A stretch of 64,000 bases of DNA from an uncultured Nitrospiraceae bacterium. Lineage in GTDB: Bacteria > Hydrogenedentota > Hydrogenedentia > Hydrogenedentales > SLHB01. The stretch covers positions 3,960 to 67,959 of the forward strand of contig CAZWDH010000002.1 in assembly GCA_964632865.1 (NCBI GenBank), written 5' to 3'. The notes under the pieces were generated by a model. It did not search any database. It was not told the origin of the DNA and saw only the letters and a program-made list of their open reading frames with translations. Numbering within the stretch: position 1 is the stretch's first letter; each line of letters opens with the position of its first letter. Of the stretch, positions 35,416 through 44,728 are shown piece by piece. A program made the translations under genes and the position numbers.

Positions 35416-36894
35416 ATGACGCCCTTGTCGCACCACGGCCGCGATCTTCTGGACCGGCGTTCGTTCCTGCAGTACGCCGGAACAGGTCTCGGCAGCATCG
35501 CGTTGGCCGCGCTCCTGGGCGAGGAAAAAGCGCTGGCGTCCGATGAGGTGCAGCCGATCCGTCCCGTACTCGATCCCGCCGCACCCATGGCGCCCCGCGC
35601 GCCGCACTTCTCACCGCGGGCAACGAAGGTCCTCATGATCTTCTGCTCCGGCGCGGTCAGCCACGTCGACAGTTGGGACTACAAACCGGAGCTGATCAAG
35701 CGCGACGGACAACCCATGCCGGGCGGCGGTGAGCTGATTACGTTTCAGGGCGAACAAGGAAACCTCACGAAACCGCTCTGGGAGTTCAAGCAGCGCGGGG
35801 ACTCCGGCAAGTACGCGTCGGATCTCCTGCCGCACCTGGCGGAACTCGTCGACGATTTTTGCTTCATCCACTCCATGACCGCCCGCAGCAATACCCATGG
35901 TCCGGCGGAGAGCCAGATGAACACGGGTTTCACGTTAGATGGCTTCCCCAGTATGGGCTCCTGGGTGTCGTACGCCTTGGGCGCGGAAACGAACGATCTG
36001 CCCGCCTACGTGGCCATTCCGGACCCGCGCGGCGTGCCTCAGATGGGGCCGAACAGCTGGTCGGCGGGATTCCTCCCCGCTGTGTTTCAAGGCGTGCCCT
36101 TCGGTGCGGACAAACCTATTCCGCATCTCGCAACGCCGGAGTCCATCAGCGCGGGCGAGGAACGCGCCACGCAGGATTTTCTGAAGTTCTTGAACGAGAA
36201 GCACCTCGAACAGTACCCCGGCGATACGGAACTCAGCGCGCGGATCGCGAGTTACGAATTGGCCGCGCGCATGCAACTGCGTGCTGCCGAGGTCAGCGAT
36301 TTCTCCACGGAGTCCGCCGCCACGCGGCGCATGTATTGCGTCGAGGATCAGAACGAGACCAAAGCCGGATTCGGCAAGAACTGCCTGCTGGCGCGGAGGC
36401 TGCTGGAGCGGGGCGTGCGATTTGTCCAGTTGTTCAACGGCGCCTACGCCATGGGCGAAGGCGTTGGTAATTGGGACGGGCACAAGGTGCTCCACGAGCA
36501 ATACAGCGTCCATGCGCCGATCCTGGACGAGCCCTGCGCAGCATTGCTGAAGGACATGAAGGCGCGCGGACTACTGGACGACACGCTGGTCGTCTGGGCC
36601 ACGGAGTTCGGTCGCATGCCCACCTTCCAAAAAGGCGCGAGCGGCCGCGATCACAATCCCAATGGTTTCACCGTGTTCCTCACCGGCGCGGGGGTCAAGC
36701 GCGCCTTCAGCTACGGCGCCACCGACGAGTTCGGCTACAAAGCCGTCGAAAACGCGACCACCATCTACGACCTCCACGCCACCATCCTGCATCTGCTCGG
36801 CCTGAATCACAAACAATTGACCTTCTACCACAACGGCATCGAACGCCGCTTGACCGACGTCCACGGAAAGATCATCCAGCCGATACTCGCGTAG
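35416..36894 (+). CDS. DUF1501 (sulfatase-fold) protein with Tat signal
   Basis: ATG at 35416. Tat leader [26 protein letters not shown]1501-type blocks ([33 protein letters not shown]). The canonical partner of the upstream DUF1549/DUF1553 gene. Confidence 0.85.
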   Translation: MTPLSHHGRDLLDRRSFLQYAGTGLGSIALAALLGEEKALASDEVQPIRPVLDPAAPMAPRAPHFSPRATKVLMIFCSGAVSHVDSWDYKPELIKRDGQPMPGGGELITFQGEQGNLTKPLWEFKQRGDSGKYASDLLPHLAELVDDFCFIHSMTARSNTHGPAESQMNTGFTLDGFPSMGSWVSYALGAETNDLPAYVAIPDPRGVPQMGPNSWSAGFLPAVFQGVPFGADKPIPHLATPESISAGEERATQDFLKFLNEKHLEQYPGDTELSARIASYELAARMQLRAAEVSDFSTESAATRRMYCVEDQNETKAGFGKNCLLARRLLERGVRFVQLFNGAYAMGEGVGNWDGHKVLHEQYSVHAPILDEPCAALLKDMKARGLLDDTLVVWATEFGRMPTFQKGASGRDHNPNGFTVFLTGAGVKRAFSYGATDEFGYKAVENATTIYDLHATILHLLGLNHKQLTFYHNGIERRLTDVHGKIIQPILA

Positions 36895-36943
36895 AGTGTG
36901 GAATTTTCTGTTTCCGTGCCGGCCAAGCGCGGAGCCGAAGAAT

Positions 36944-37020
36944 GGGGACTGGCTCGAATTACCTCCAAGACCAAACGCGATCCCATGCCTGCAGGGTAAT
37001 TCGTGCCTGTCCCTTTTTTT
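36944..37020 (+). terminator. Intrinsic terminator candidate after the DUF1501 gene
   Basis: GGGGACTGGCTCGAATTACC (36944-36963) pairs with GGGTAATTCGTGCCTGTCCC (36994-37013). There are two T:T mismatches and a ~30-nt loop, followed by T7 (37014-37020). Confidence 0.55.
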
Positions 37021-37116
37021 CGGCGGTGTCTAATGTGAGCCTTACGGGTTTATCGACAATCTCTACCCGTCTTCGGTAGAGTGATTTCCCAGTACAAGCC
37101 GAAGGAGTAAATACCG

Positions 37117-38484
37117 ATGAATACGAAGAATCGCGTTCTTGCTCTGCTCGGTGCGCTCGTGGCAGTGGCAGTCGCACCACCGGCAAACGCGCTCCAAATC
37201 GCCACCTTCTCTGCCGAAGTCACTTGTCCCATGGGCCACGCCCTCATGGGCGGGGGGATCATGCCCGCGAAGAACGTCGTCGATCCCCTGTACGCCAACG
37301 GCCTCGTGCTAATTGGCGCGGGCGCCCCGATTGTCATCGTGGTGATGGATTGGTGCGAGATCCGCAACGACGCCTACGATTACTTCCGCGATGAAGTCGC
37401 CAAGGCTGCCGGTACGACGCGCGAACGCGTACTCCTGTCCGCCGTCCACCAGCATGACACGCCCATCCCCGACTTCACGGCGCAGCGACTGCTCGATGAG
37501 CAGGGACTGCCCAATGCCCTCTGTGATGTGGCCTATGTGAAAGACGCCATCGAACGAGTATGCCATGCCCTGCGCGTGTCCCTGGAAACTCCACGAAACG
37601 TGACGCATTACGGCACCGGGCAGGCCGAGGTCGAAGGCGTCGCGTCCAACCGGCGCGTCGTGGCCGAGGACGGTTCCGTATCCTTTCCGCGCAACAGCGC
37701 GACCGGCGATCCCGCCATTCGCGACGCGCCCATCGGCACCCACGACCCGCAGCTCAAGACGCTGAGTTTCTGGGACGGCGATCAAGCCATCGCCGCGCTG
37801 AACTTCTATGCCGTGCATCCCATGAGCTACTACGGCAAGGGGGGCGTCTCGGCCGATTTCGTCGGTATGGCGCGTCGGCAACGGCAGGCAGATGATCCCG
37901 CCATCCACCAGTTCTACATTTCCGGGTGCAGCGGCGATGTGACCGCGGGCAAGTACAACGACGGTGCGTTGCAGAACCGGGCGGTGCTGGCACGACGGAT
38001 CTACGAAGCCATGGTCGCCGCATGGGACGCAACGGAGAAGCACCCCGCGGAAGAAGTCACGTTCCGTGTCGCCAAGATGTCATTGGAGCCGAAAACGACT
38101 GAGGGATTCTCCGAAGAAGAGATGAAAGCCATCCTCGCGGATACATCACGAACAACCTTCGATCGAATTCTCGCCGCCATGGGGTTGAGCTGGCGCATGC
38201 GGCTCGACCAGCCCATCGATGTGCCCGCCATCGATTTCGGGAACGCGCAATACCTGCTCATGCCCGCGGAATCCTTCGTCGGATACCAGCTCATGGCGCA
38301 GGAACTCGCGCCGGACGAGTTCATCGTCACTGCGGGATACGGCGAATGCGCGCCTGGTTACATCCCCACCGCACAGGCAACGGAGGAGAAGTTTAACGAC
38401 CATCACTCCTGGTGCTGGGTCGGCCCCGGCGCGGAAGAACGCATGCGTGCCGCCATGGCCGAAGCGTTGGGTGTGGGGGAGTAA
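37117..38484 (+). CDS. Secreted protein, neutral/alkaline-ceramidase-N-terminal-like fold (uncharacterised)
   Basis: Signal peptide MNTKNRVLALLGALVAVAVAPPANA. The segment ...EVTCPMGHALMGGG...LYANGLVL...VMDWCEI...LLSAVHQHDTP resembles the ceramidase-like family common in planctomycete genomes. Assigned from memory of the pattern only. Confidence 0.4.
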   Translation: MNTKNRVLALLGALVAVAVAPPANALQIATFSAEVTCPMGHALMGGGIMPAKNVVDPLYANGLVLIGAGAPIVIVVMDWCEIRNDAYDYFRDEVAKAAGTTRERVLLSAVHQHDTPIPDFTAQRLLDEQGLPNALCDVAYVKDAIERVCHALRVSLETPRNVTHYGTGQAEVEGVASNRRVVAEDGSVSFPRNSATGDPAIRDAPIGTHDPQLKTLSFWDGDQAIAALNFYAVHPMSYYGKGGVSADFVGMARRQRQADDPAIHQFYISGCSGDVTAGKYNDGALQNRAVLARRIYEAMVAAWDATEKHPAEEVTFRVAKMSLEPKTTEGFSEEEMKAILADTSRTTFDRILAAMGLSWRMRLDQPIDVPAIDFGNAQYLLMPAESFVGYQLMAQELAPDEFIVTAGYGECAPGYIPTAQATEEKFNDHHSWCWVGPGAEERMRAAMAEALGVGE

Positions 38485-38492
38485 CGAAAAAA

Positions 38493-38520
38493 GCGGCGAC
38501 GCCTGAGAAGACGTCGCCGC
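38493..38520. terminator. Bidirectional stem-loop between convergent genes
   Basis: GCGGCGACG (38493-38501), 10-nt loop, CGTCGCCGC (38512-38520). Preceded by an A6 run on the + strand (the T-tract for the minus-strand SDR gene). Confidence 0.55.
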
Positions 38521-38538
38521 GTGACCAAGCCAACAAAA

Positions 38539-39297
38539 CTACATCGCCATGAATCCGCCATCGACGATCATCTCCGCGCCGGTCATCCAACTGGATTCGT
38601 CGGAGGCCAGGAAGAGCGCGGCGTTGGCGATGTCGCGCGCGGTGCCGAGGCGCTTAATCGGGATCTCGTTCGCGATGGCTTTCCGTTTGTCGTCGTTGAG
38701 ATACGGCGCCTGCAACGGCGTGTCGATGAATCCCGGGTGGATAACGTTGCAGCGGATCTGATCGGCCGCAAACTGAATCGCCAGTGATTTGCACAGCGAA
38801 ATCATCGCGCCCTTGGCACAGGTATACGAATCCTGGGCCAGCGTAAACCCGGCCAGCGCGGAAATGGAACCCACCAGGATGATCGAGCCTCCGCCCGCTT
38901 TTTTCAGTTCCGGGATGCCGTGCTTGGTCAGGAAAAACGGTCCTTTGAGGTTGATCGCCTGCACCAGGTCCCAGTTCTCTTCCGTCGTGTCGATGACCGA
39001 TTTGTCCCGGTCTTTCCAGAGCACGCCCGCGTTGGAGTAGAGAATGTGCAGCGCGCCGAAGGTTTTGACGCCTTCGCCGATGGCCCTCTTCACATCCGCT
39101 TCCTTGCTCACGTCGCCCTGCACAAACAGGGCCTTGCCGCCCGCGACTTCAACCAGCTTGGCGGTCTCCTGTCCGGCCTCCGCGTTCATGTCGAACACGA
39201 TGACCTTCGCGCCCTCCTGGGCAAACAGAATCGACGCTTCGCGCCCCATCCCCAATCCCGCGCCGGTTATGATGGCAACTTTGTCCTTGAGTCTCAT
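38539..39297 (-). CDS. Short-chain dehydrogenase/reductase (FabG-like)
   Basis: TGAGLGMG (TGxxxGxG), NNAG-like SNAGV, and the catalytic Y..CK in YTCAKGAM. 252 aa. Confidence 0.85.
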   Translation of the reverse strand: MRLKDKVAIITGAGLGMGREASILFAQEGAKVIVFDMNAEAGQETAKLVEVAGGKALFVQGDVSKEADVKRAIGEGVKTFGALHILYSNAGVLWKDRDKSVIDTTEENWDLVQAINLKGPFFLTKHGIPELKKAGGGSIILVGSISALAGFTLAQDSYTCAKGAMISLCKSLAIQFAADQIRCNVIHPGFIDTPLQAPYLNDDKRKAIANEIPIKRLGTARDIANAALFLASDESSWMTGAEMIVDGGFMAM

Positions 39298-39358
39298 TAC
39301 TTCTACTCCTACTGATAAGCCGGCGACGTTTGCCGGTTTGGTGTTTTTTCAGGGTACC

Positions 39359-40702
39359 CTAAATCAACTCGAAATACCGGCGTCGTTCCCAATCGGTTAC
39401 GTACTTCTCGAACTCCGCGATCTCCCAGCGGGCCACGCCCACGTAATGGTCAACCACGTTGTCGCCGAGCAATGCCCTAACGGTTTCGCTCCGTTCGAGG
39501 GCGTCCGTCGCATGCGTCAGGTTCCGGTGCAGCGACGGCGGGTTGTCCAACTCGTACGCGTTTGCCTCGACAAAGGGCCCGACCGGTTCGAGTTCTTTTT
39601 CGATCCCGTGCAAGCCGGATGCGATCATGGCCGCGTAGATCAGGTGGGAATTCGCGTCGGATCCTGGAATGCGGTTTTCGAGCCGCATGGACTTGCCGTG
39701 TCCCGCCACGCGGAACGAGGTCGTCCGGTTGTCTCCGCCCCACGTGACGTTGCTCGGCGCGAAGGACAGGTCTTCGATGCGTTTGTACGAATTGATGCTC
39801 GGCATGTAGAAAAGCTGGAGGTCTTTGCACAACGCCATCATGCCGCCGAGGAAATGGCGCATGGTCTTCGACATGTGGTGCTCGCCCTTGTCATCGGGAA
39901 AGGCCGGCGTGTCGCCGTTCCAGAGGCTCATGTGGATGTGCGCGCCGTTGCCGGAATGGGCCGAATCCCATTTCGCCATGAATGTTGCCTGAATGTCGTT
40001 CAGCGCGGCCATCTCTCGCACGCAGTGTTTGAAGATGACGTGCCGGTCCGCGATTTCGAGCACGTCGCCGTACACGAGATTGATCTCGAACTGCCCGTGG
40101 CCCCATTCCGCCTTGTTGCATTCGATGTCGACATTCGACGCGGCGAGCGCCCGGCGGATGGGCCCGATGATCCACTCGTCCATGGAGGAACGGAAGATGG
40201 AGTAGTCGGAGATGTACCGCGACATGGGTTCGAGGTTGCGGTAGTCCTTCGCGCGCGATCCGTCGAGCGTTTCCTTGAACAGGAAGAACTCGATCTCCGG
40301 TGCGGCCTTGACCGTGAATCCCATCGCCTTTGCCTTCTCGACCTGCCTGCGCAAGAGCGAACGCGGGGCGATATCCACCAGGTTGCCGTCGTGATCGTAG
40401 GTGTCGAAGATGACCAGGGCGGTTTTGTCGAACCACGCATACTTGCGCAACGTCGACCAGTCGGGCACCCCCGTCATGTCCCCGTAGCCCTTGTGCCAGC
40501 CGGTGAACTCCAGGCCCGGAATGAGCATCCGCTCGATGTCCCAACCGAAGTTGCAGTCGCAGGTGTGCACGCCCTGGTGCAGGTCATTTAGAAACGCCGC
40601 AGCCGCGCAGCGCTTGCCGTACAGGCGTCCCTGAAGGTCAATGCCCGCCGCAATGACCGTATCGACGGATCCGTCCTTTACCCACTTCTCAAGTTCCTTC
40701 AC
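39359..40702 (-). CDS. Glutamine synthetase family protein (type I-like, GlnA3 / gamma-glutamyl-amine ligase-like)
   Basis: GS beta-grasp N-terminus (DLQGRLYGKR), GHGQFEINL, ATFMAKW...GNGAHIHMSLW, NRTTSFRV, ENRIPGSDANSHL. 447 aa. Confidence 0.8.
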   Translation of the reverse strand: MKELEKWVKDGSVDTVIAAGIDLQGRLYGKRCAAAAFLNDLHQGVHTCDCNFGWDIERMLIPGLEFTGWHKGYGDMTGVPDWSTLRKYAWFDKTALVIFDTYDHDGNLVDIAPRSLLRRQVEKAKAMGFTVKAAPEIEFFLFKETLDGSRAKDYRNLEPMSRYISDYSIFRSSMDEWIIGPIRRALAASNVDIECNKAEWGHGQFEINLVYGDVLEIADRHVIFKHCVREMAALNDIQATFMAKWDSAHSGNGAHIHMSLWNGDTPAFPDDKGEHHMSKTMRHFLGGMMALCKDLQLFYMPSINSYKRIEDLSFAPSNVTWGGDNRTTSFRVAGHGKSMRLENRIPGSDANSHLIYAAMIASGLHGIEKELEPVGPFVEANAYELDNPPSLHRNLTHATDALERSETVRALLGDNVVDHYVGVARWEIAEFEKYVTDWERRRYFELI

Positions 40703-40859
40703 GCTTCACTCCTCCGCCCGGCCCGACCAAAAGCCAAAGAAAATTGCCGTGAGTATGTCACAGGGTCAATCAGGTGCGCAATTGAGTCGCGACCCCAAAT
40801 GTTCTCGAAGCGTCACCAGTGATCGTCTCGTATAAACTGCTGTCCGCCGCACACCGAAG

Positions 40860-40957
40860 GTATGGGGCCTCCAAATCGCTATCGGTATCGGGATCGCTAT
40901 CGGTATCGAAGCACCAATTAGAGACTCGATCCCGATCCCGATTTGGAGGAGCCATAC
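40860..40957 (-). repeat. Long imperfect hairpin with internal GATCSS/CGGTATCG repeats immediately 3' of coxB (possible terminator or REP-like element)
   Basis: GTATGGGGCCTCCAAATCG (40860-40878) vs rc of CGATTTGGAGGAGCCATAC (40939-40957), 17/19 identical. Inside: CGCTATCGGTATCG twice (40877-40890, 40895-40908) and CGATCCCGATCCCG on the other arm. Confidence 0.5.
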
Positions 40958-41767
40958 TCACGAAAAGAACGGGTCGTATTCTTCTGCCGCATCTGGGTCC
41001 GGCGTGTTGTCCTCGAACCACGCGTCGAAGGCTTCCGGTTCGAGCACGTTGAGGAAGCCCCGCATGCGGTAGTGGCCGAGGCCGCAGAGCTGTGCGCAGG
41101 CGATCTCGAAGGTCCGGTCATCGCTGCCTTTGAGTTTTCGGTAGGCTTCCGTGGATAGGGTCGGCACAAAGGAAATATGCGTACGCACGCCGGGAATCAC
41201 GTCCTGCTTGACCCGCATTTCGGGGATATTGAAGCTGTGGATTACGTCCTGCGAACTCAGCCACAGCACGACCGGTTTCTTCAAGGGCACGTACAACTGG
41301 TTGCGCACGACGATGTCATCTGCGCCATAGGGATCGTCGCGATCGAGTCCGACGGGGTTAAGTTCGTCATCGATGAAGGATTGATCCGTTCGCCCGAAGA
41401 CGCCGTCCTTTCCCGCGTAGTGGAAATTCCACGCGTATTGTTGCGCCATGACGCGGACTTGCAGCGCCTCGCTTTCGTCGGGCACTGCCACCACGTAACG
41501 CGACCAGAACGGCACGGACAAGGCCACGAGCAACAGGACTTCGATGACGATGACGCCCGCTTCAATGTAGTACGTGGCTTTGCTGCGAGCGCCGTCGTGG
41601 CTTGCCTGGGGATTACGGGACCTCCGAAAACGAAAGAGCACATACGTGCCGTAGATGAACCAGCCCACAAAGATCGCCGCCATGAAGAGGTGCGTTAGGA
41701 TGAGCAGCCGGTCAATCTGTGCGCCGTGCTCCGACCCGAGAACGGGAAGTCCCCACCAACCGCTCAT
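40958..41767 (-). CDS. ctaC: Cytochrome c oxidase subunit II (CuA subunit, no fused cytochrome c)
   Basis: Two N-terminal TMs. Cupredoxin domain with DVIHSFNIPE and the CuA loop CAQLCGLGHYRM (CxxxCxxxHxxM). ATGA overlap with the preceding small ORF. Confidence 0.85.
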   Translation of the reverse strand: MSGWWGLPVLGSEHGAQIDRLLILTHLFMAAIFVGWFIYGTYVLFRFRRSRNPQASHDGARSKATYYIEAGVIVIEVLLLVALSVPFWSRYVVAVPDESEALQVRVMAQQYAWNFHYAGKDGVFGRTDQSFIDDELNPVGLDRDDPYGADDIVVRNQLYVPLKKPVVLWLSSQDVIHSFNIPEMRVKQDVIPGVRTHISFVPTLSTEAYRKLKGSDDRTFEIACAQLCGLGHYRMRGFLNVLEPEAFDAWFEDNTPDPDAAEEYDPFFS

Positions 41768-42012
41768 GATAACTCGGCCTCGTCAATCGTCGGCGATGCT
41801 TCTTGTGTCGATCGCCGCATCCGTAACAATATGCCCATGGTTACCGCGGTCATGGAACCCACCACGATGCCTGTCACGGCGAGCAGCGTTACGATGCCCA
41901 TGTTCATGCCTTGTGTCTGCGCGGAATCCGCATCCCCGAAACAGGTGGCACAGGCCCAGGCCGCACCGGAAGGCAGGCAAGCGGCAATCACTGTCAAATA
42001 CTTCACAGCCAT
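41764..42012 (-). CDS. Small membrane protein with an exported CxxC motif (82 aa), oxidase-operon-encoded
   Basis: ATG at 42012 (MAVKYLTVIAACLPSGAAWACATCFGDADSAQTQGMNMGIVTLLAVTGIVVGSMTAVTMGILL...). An N-terminal hydrophobic segment, CATC, then one TM. Both ends overlap neighbouring genes (10 nt and 4 nt). Confidence 0.5.
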   Translation of the reverse strand: MAVKYLTVIAACLPSGAAWACATCFGDADSAQTQGMNMGIVTLLAVTGIVVGSMTAVTMGILLRMRRSTQEASPTIDEAELS

Positions 42013-42206
42013 TTCGTGTCCTTCGTGCGACCGAGAAACAGCCTGGCTTGCGCGACCGCGCCGACCAACGTCACCACGCATCCGATCCCTACGACGAGAA
42101 ACCGCGCGCCCAGGGCCTTGGCCAAACCCAGCGCCCAGACGCCTGCGATGACGCAGAACATAATCGCCAACCCGAGCAGGACTGTATGTGCGGTCTTCAG
42201 AGACAT
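42003..42206 (-). CDS. Small two-TM membrane protein (67 aa), possible oxidase subunit IV analogue
   Basis: MSLKTAHTVLLGLAIMFCVIAGVWALGLAKALGARFLVVGIGCVVTLVGAVAQARLF: two hydrophobic helices. Located between the subunit III and subunit II genes. Confidence 0.45.
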   Translation of the reverse strand: MSLKTAHTVLLGLAIMFCVIAGVWALGLAKALGARFLVVGIGCVVTLVGAVAQARLFLGRTKDTKWL

Positions 42207-42224
42207 GGGATCACCCGCCCCTCG

Positions 42225-42809
42225 TTACACCAGGTACAACAAAACAAACGTGACAATCGACATCACGCCGATGAACTGCCAGTAGAGCCCGAGACATTCG
42301 ACGCGGTTGATATACTGCTGCCGGTCCTGTCTAAGCAGCGCCTTGCCGATCGTCACCAGGTAAATCGTCACGACCAATCCACCGATAACATGAAACCGCA
42401 AGAGCCCCGTGAGCAGATAGTACATGCCATGGAAGGTGCTCGTTGCCGCCTTCGCGCCGCTGTCCACCACGATTCGATGCTCGACCGCAATCAGGGTCAC
42501 CGACAACACGCCCAAGCCGAAGGCGATCCAGAGCCACAGGGTGGCGCGGTCGGTGCCGCCATGGAGCCACGCGTTGGCAGCCGCGATGGCCAGCAAGATA
42601 ATGCACAGCACGTTCGCCACGCCGAGACCCGCGGGCAACGTTTCCGCACCCACCGGCCACTCTTCCGCGGCAGTCCGCAGAAATACATAGCTCGAAAACA
42701 GCGCCCCGAAGAACATGGCTTCCGCGGCGAGGAACAGCCACGTGCCGACCTTGCCGTTGTAGAGTCCCGTATCGGGCCGGGGCGCGCTGGTATAGGGTAC
42801 CGCGCTCAT
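42225..42809 (-). CDS. ctaE: Cytochrome c oxidase subunit III
   Basis: GKVGTWLFLAAEAMFFGALFSSYVFLR and C-terminal GLYWQFIGVMSIVTFVLLY (compare the COX3 signature YWHFVDVVW). The ATG at 42809 gives an ATGA overlap with the subunit I stop; an alternative ATG lies at 42827. Confidence 0.85.
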   Translation of the reverse strand: MSAVPYTSAPRPDTGLYNGKVGTWLFLAAEAMFFGALFSSYVFLRTAAEEWPVGAETLPAGLGVANVLCIILLAIAAANAWLHGGTDRATLWLWIAFGLGVLSVTLIAVEHRIVVDSGAKAATSTFHGMYYLLTGLLRFHVIGGLVVTIYLVTIGKALLRQDRQQYINRVECLGLYWQFIGVMSIVTFVLLYLV

Positions 42810-44554
42810 GTTTCCTCCGGTTGCCATTGCGGCGTGAAATCCTGCGTCTGACCCGGCACGCTGTATTCGTTTGGACCGCGATACGCTTTCACGGGACGCT
42901 CAAAGTTGCCCGCGAACCGTGGCGGCGACGAAGCTTCCCATTCCAGCGTCGTGGCGTCCCACGGGTTCTCGGCAACCTTGCGGCCCCATTTCAGGCTGTA
43001 AAAGAAATTGATGACGAACGGAATTTGCACGATGGCCAGCGCGAAGGCCGAGTGCGTCGCGGCCTTGTTCAGGAAGAAGACCTCCTGACCGAATCCGTAG
43101 GTCGCCCCGCCGTCATACAAGCGCCGCGACACGCCACCCAGCCCCTGGATGAGCATGGGGATGAAGATCGCGTTCATGAACAACAGCGACGGCCAGAAGT
43201 GCAGTTTGCCGAGGAAGTCGTTCATCTTGCGCCCAGTGACCTTCGGGAACCAGTAATAGACGCCCGCGAAGATCGCGAACAAGGTCCCCGGCGCGACGAC
43301 GTAATGAAAATGGCCGATGACGTAGTAGGTGTCGTGCAACGCAATGTTCGTCGCCGACAACGCCAGCGGCAATCCCGTGAGTCCGCCGATGCCGAACATG
43401 GGCAGGAATGCAAGGGCGAACAGCATGGGTACCGTGAACCGAATCGAGCCGCCCCACAAGGAGACCAGCAGCGAGGTCGCTAGGATGATTGACGGAATGG
43501 AAATGATGAGCGTCGTCGCCTGAAAAAAGGTGCTGATGACGGTCCCCATTCCGGTGAGAAACATATGGTGTGCCCACACGAGCATGGACATGAAGCCCAT
43601 GAAGATGGCCGCGCCGACCATCCCTTTGTATCCCCACAAGGGCTTGCGCGTGTTGTTCGCGATGATCTCCGCGATGATCCCGAAGGCCGGCAGAATCAAC
43701 ACGTATACTTCCGGATGGGCGAGAAACCAGAACAGGTGTTGCCACAGCAACGCGCTGCCCCCGCCGCTGACGTCCAGCGCCTTCCCCGAGATCACGAGAC
43801 CCGTGGGCAGGAAGAAACTCGTGCCCTCCAGCCGATCCATGAGCTGGAGTACCGCCGCCGCCGCCAGAGGCGGAAAGGCGAGCAGAAGAAGGTACGCGGT
43901 GACCAACTGGCTCCACACGAAGAAGGGCAAGCGCATGAGCGTGAGCCCCTCGGTGCGGAGTTGGACGACGGTCGTGATGATGTTGATGGCGAGAAACAGC
44001 GAAGACAGGTAGACCAGCGCGATGCCAATGAGCCAGTAGGTTTGTCCTGCCAACTCGATCGTGGCAAGGGGAGGATAACCGGTCCATCCCGAATTGGACG
44101 GTCCGAGTTCCGTGAAGAAACTCGCTCCGATCACGACAACGCCGCCGAGGTAACAGAGGAATCCTGCGCGGCTCAGCCGGGGAAAGGCCAGGTTCGGCGC
44201 GCCTACCATGAGCGGGACGAGATAGGTGCCGAATGCGCCGACCAGCAACGGCACGACAGCCAGAAACACCATGAAGGTGCCGTGCATGGCGCCGAGCTGA
44301 TTGTAGAAGTTCGGGAGCATGATGCCGCCCGGCATGCGCGTGTCATCATCGCCGAACAGGCTGCTCATCAAGGGGATCGGCTGGCCCGGATAGGCCAGTT
44401 GCCAGCGCATGAGCAGGACGAAACAGAACGCGACGAACAGCATGACCAGCGCGGTGAGTCCGTACTGGATGCCGATGATCTTGTGATCGCACGAGATGAC
44501 TCGCCGCAACCACCCCGGAGCGCGGCGCGCCGGTTCGCTGTGGTGTTCCGTCAT
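42806..44554 (-). CDS. ctaD: Cytochrome c oxidase subunit I (heme-copper oxidase catalytic subunit)
   Basis: DHKIIGIQYGL, GGIMLPNFYNQLGAMHGTFMVF, WQHLFWFLAHPEVYVLILPAFG (CuB His), WAHHMF, YVIGHFHYV. The probable start is the MTEHHSEP Met about 39 codons inside the listed ORF. Confidence 0.9.
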   Translation of the reverse strand: MTEHHSEPARRAPGWLRRVISCDHKIIGIQYGLTALVMLFVAFCFVLLMRWQLAYPGQPIPLMSSLFGDDDTRMPGGIMLPNFYNQLGAMHGTFMVFLAVVPLLVGAFGTYLVPLMVGAPNLAFPRLSRAGFLCYLGGVVVIGASFFTELGPSNSGWTGYPPLATIELAGQTYWLIGIALVYLSSLFLAINIITTVVQLRTEGLTLMRLPFFVWSQLVTAYLLLLAFPPLAAAAVLQLMDRLEGTSFFLPTGLVISGKALDVSGGGSALLWQHLFWFLAHPEVYVLILPAFGIIAEIIANNTRKPLWGYKGMVGAAIFMGFMSMLVWAHHMFLTGMGTVISTFFQATTLIISIPSIILATSLLVSLWGGSIRFTVPMLFALAFLPMFGIGGLTGLPLALSATNIALHDTYYVIGHFHYVVAPGTLFAIFAGVYYWFPKVTGRKMNDFLGKLHFWPSLLFMNAIFIPMLIQGLGGVSRRLYDGGATYGFGQEVFFLNKAATHSAFALAIVQIPFVINFFYSLKWGRKVAENPWDATTLEWEASSPPRFAGNFERPVKAYRGPNEYSVPGQTQDFTPQWQPEET

Positions 44555-44693
44555 TGAAAGCCCCTGAGCCAAGACCTGCCAAGCAGAAGGGGAAAGTCGC
44601 CAGGAAAGGGCGGATTGTAAACCGAAAGTCGGGGCGCGAGTCAACTTCGCAACACTAGCGCACCCAAACACCGGTTTGGGGAGAAAAGCACGA

Positions 44694-44720
44694 GTAGACG
44701 CGGCTGGAAGCCGCGTCTAC
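44694..44720 (-). terminator. Stem-loop between the cupredoxin gene and the oxidase operon
   Basis: GTAGACGCGGC (44694-44704), TGGAA loop, GCCGCGTCTAC (44710-44720). An 11-bp perfect stem 9 nt downstream of the cupredoxin stop, followed on the minus strand by ...TCGTGCTTTTCTCC. Confidence 0.55.
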
Positions 44721-44728
44721 CGTAGAAT

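Noticed and set aside
40770-41052. Short ORFs on both strands with DTDSDPDTDSD / SLSVSGSLSVS repeats between glnA-like and coxB.
   Set aside because: The repeats are the translation of the nucleotide-level hairpin/direct-repeat element at 40860-40957. There is no start context and no coding signal.
44575-44585. While hand-translating the 5' extension of the subunit I ORF, I got a 1-nt frame disagreement with the ORF track near an A-run (CCAAAGC). That would imply a frameshift.
   Set aside because: The ORF track is computed from the sequence and is self-consistent with the neighbouring ORF 44346-44582. I attribute the discrepancy to my own base counting. The affected region is upstream of the likely true start (MTEHH) anyway.
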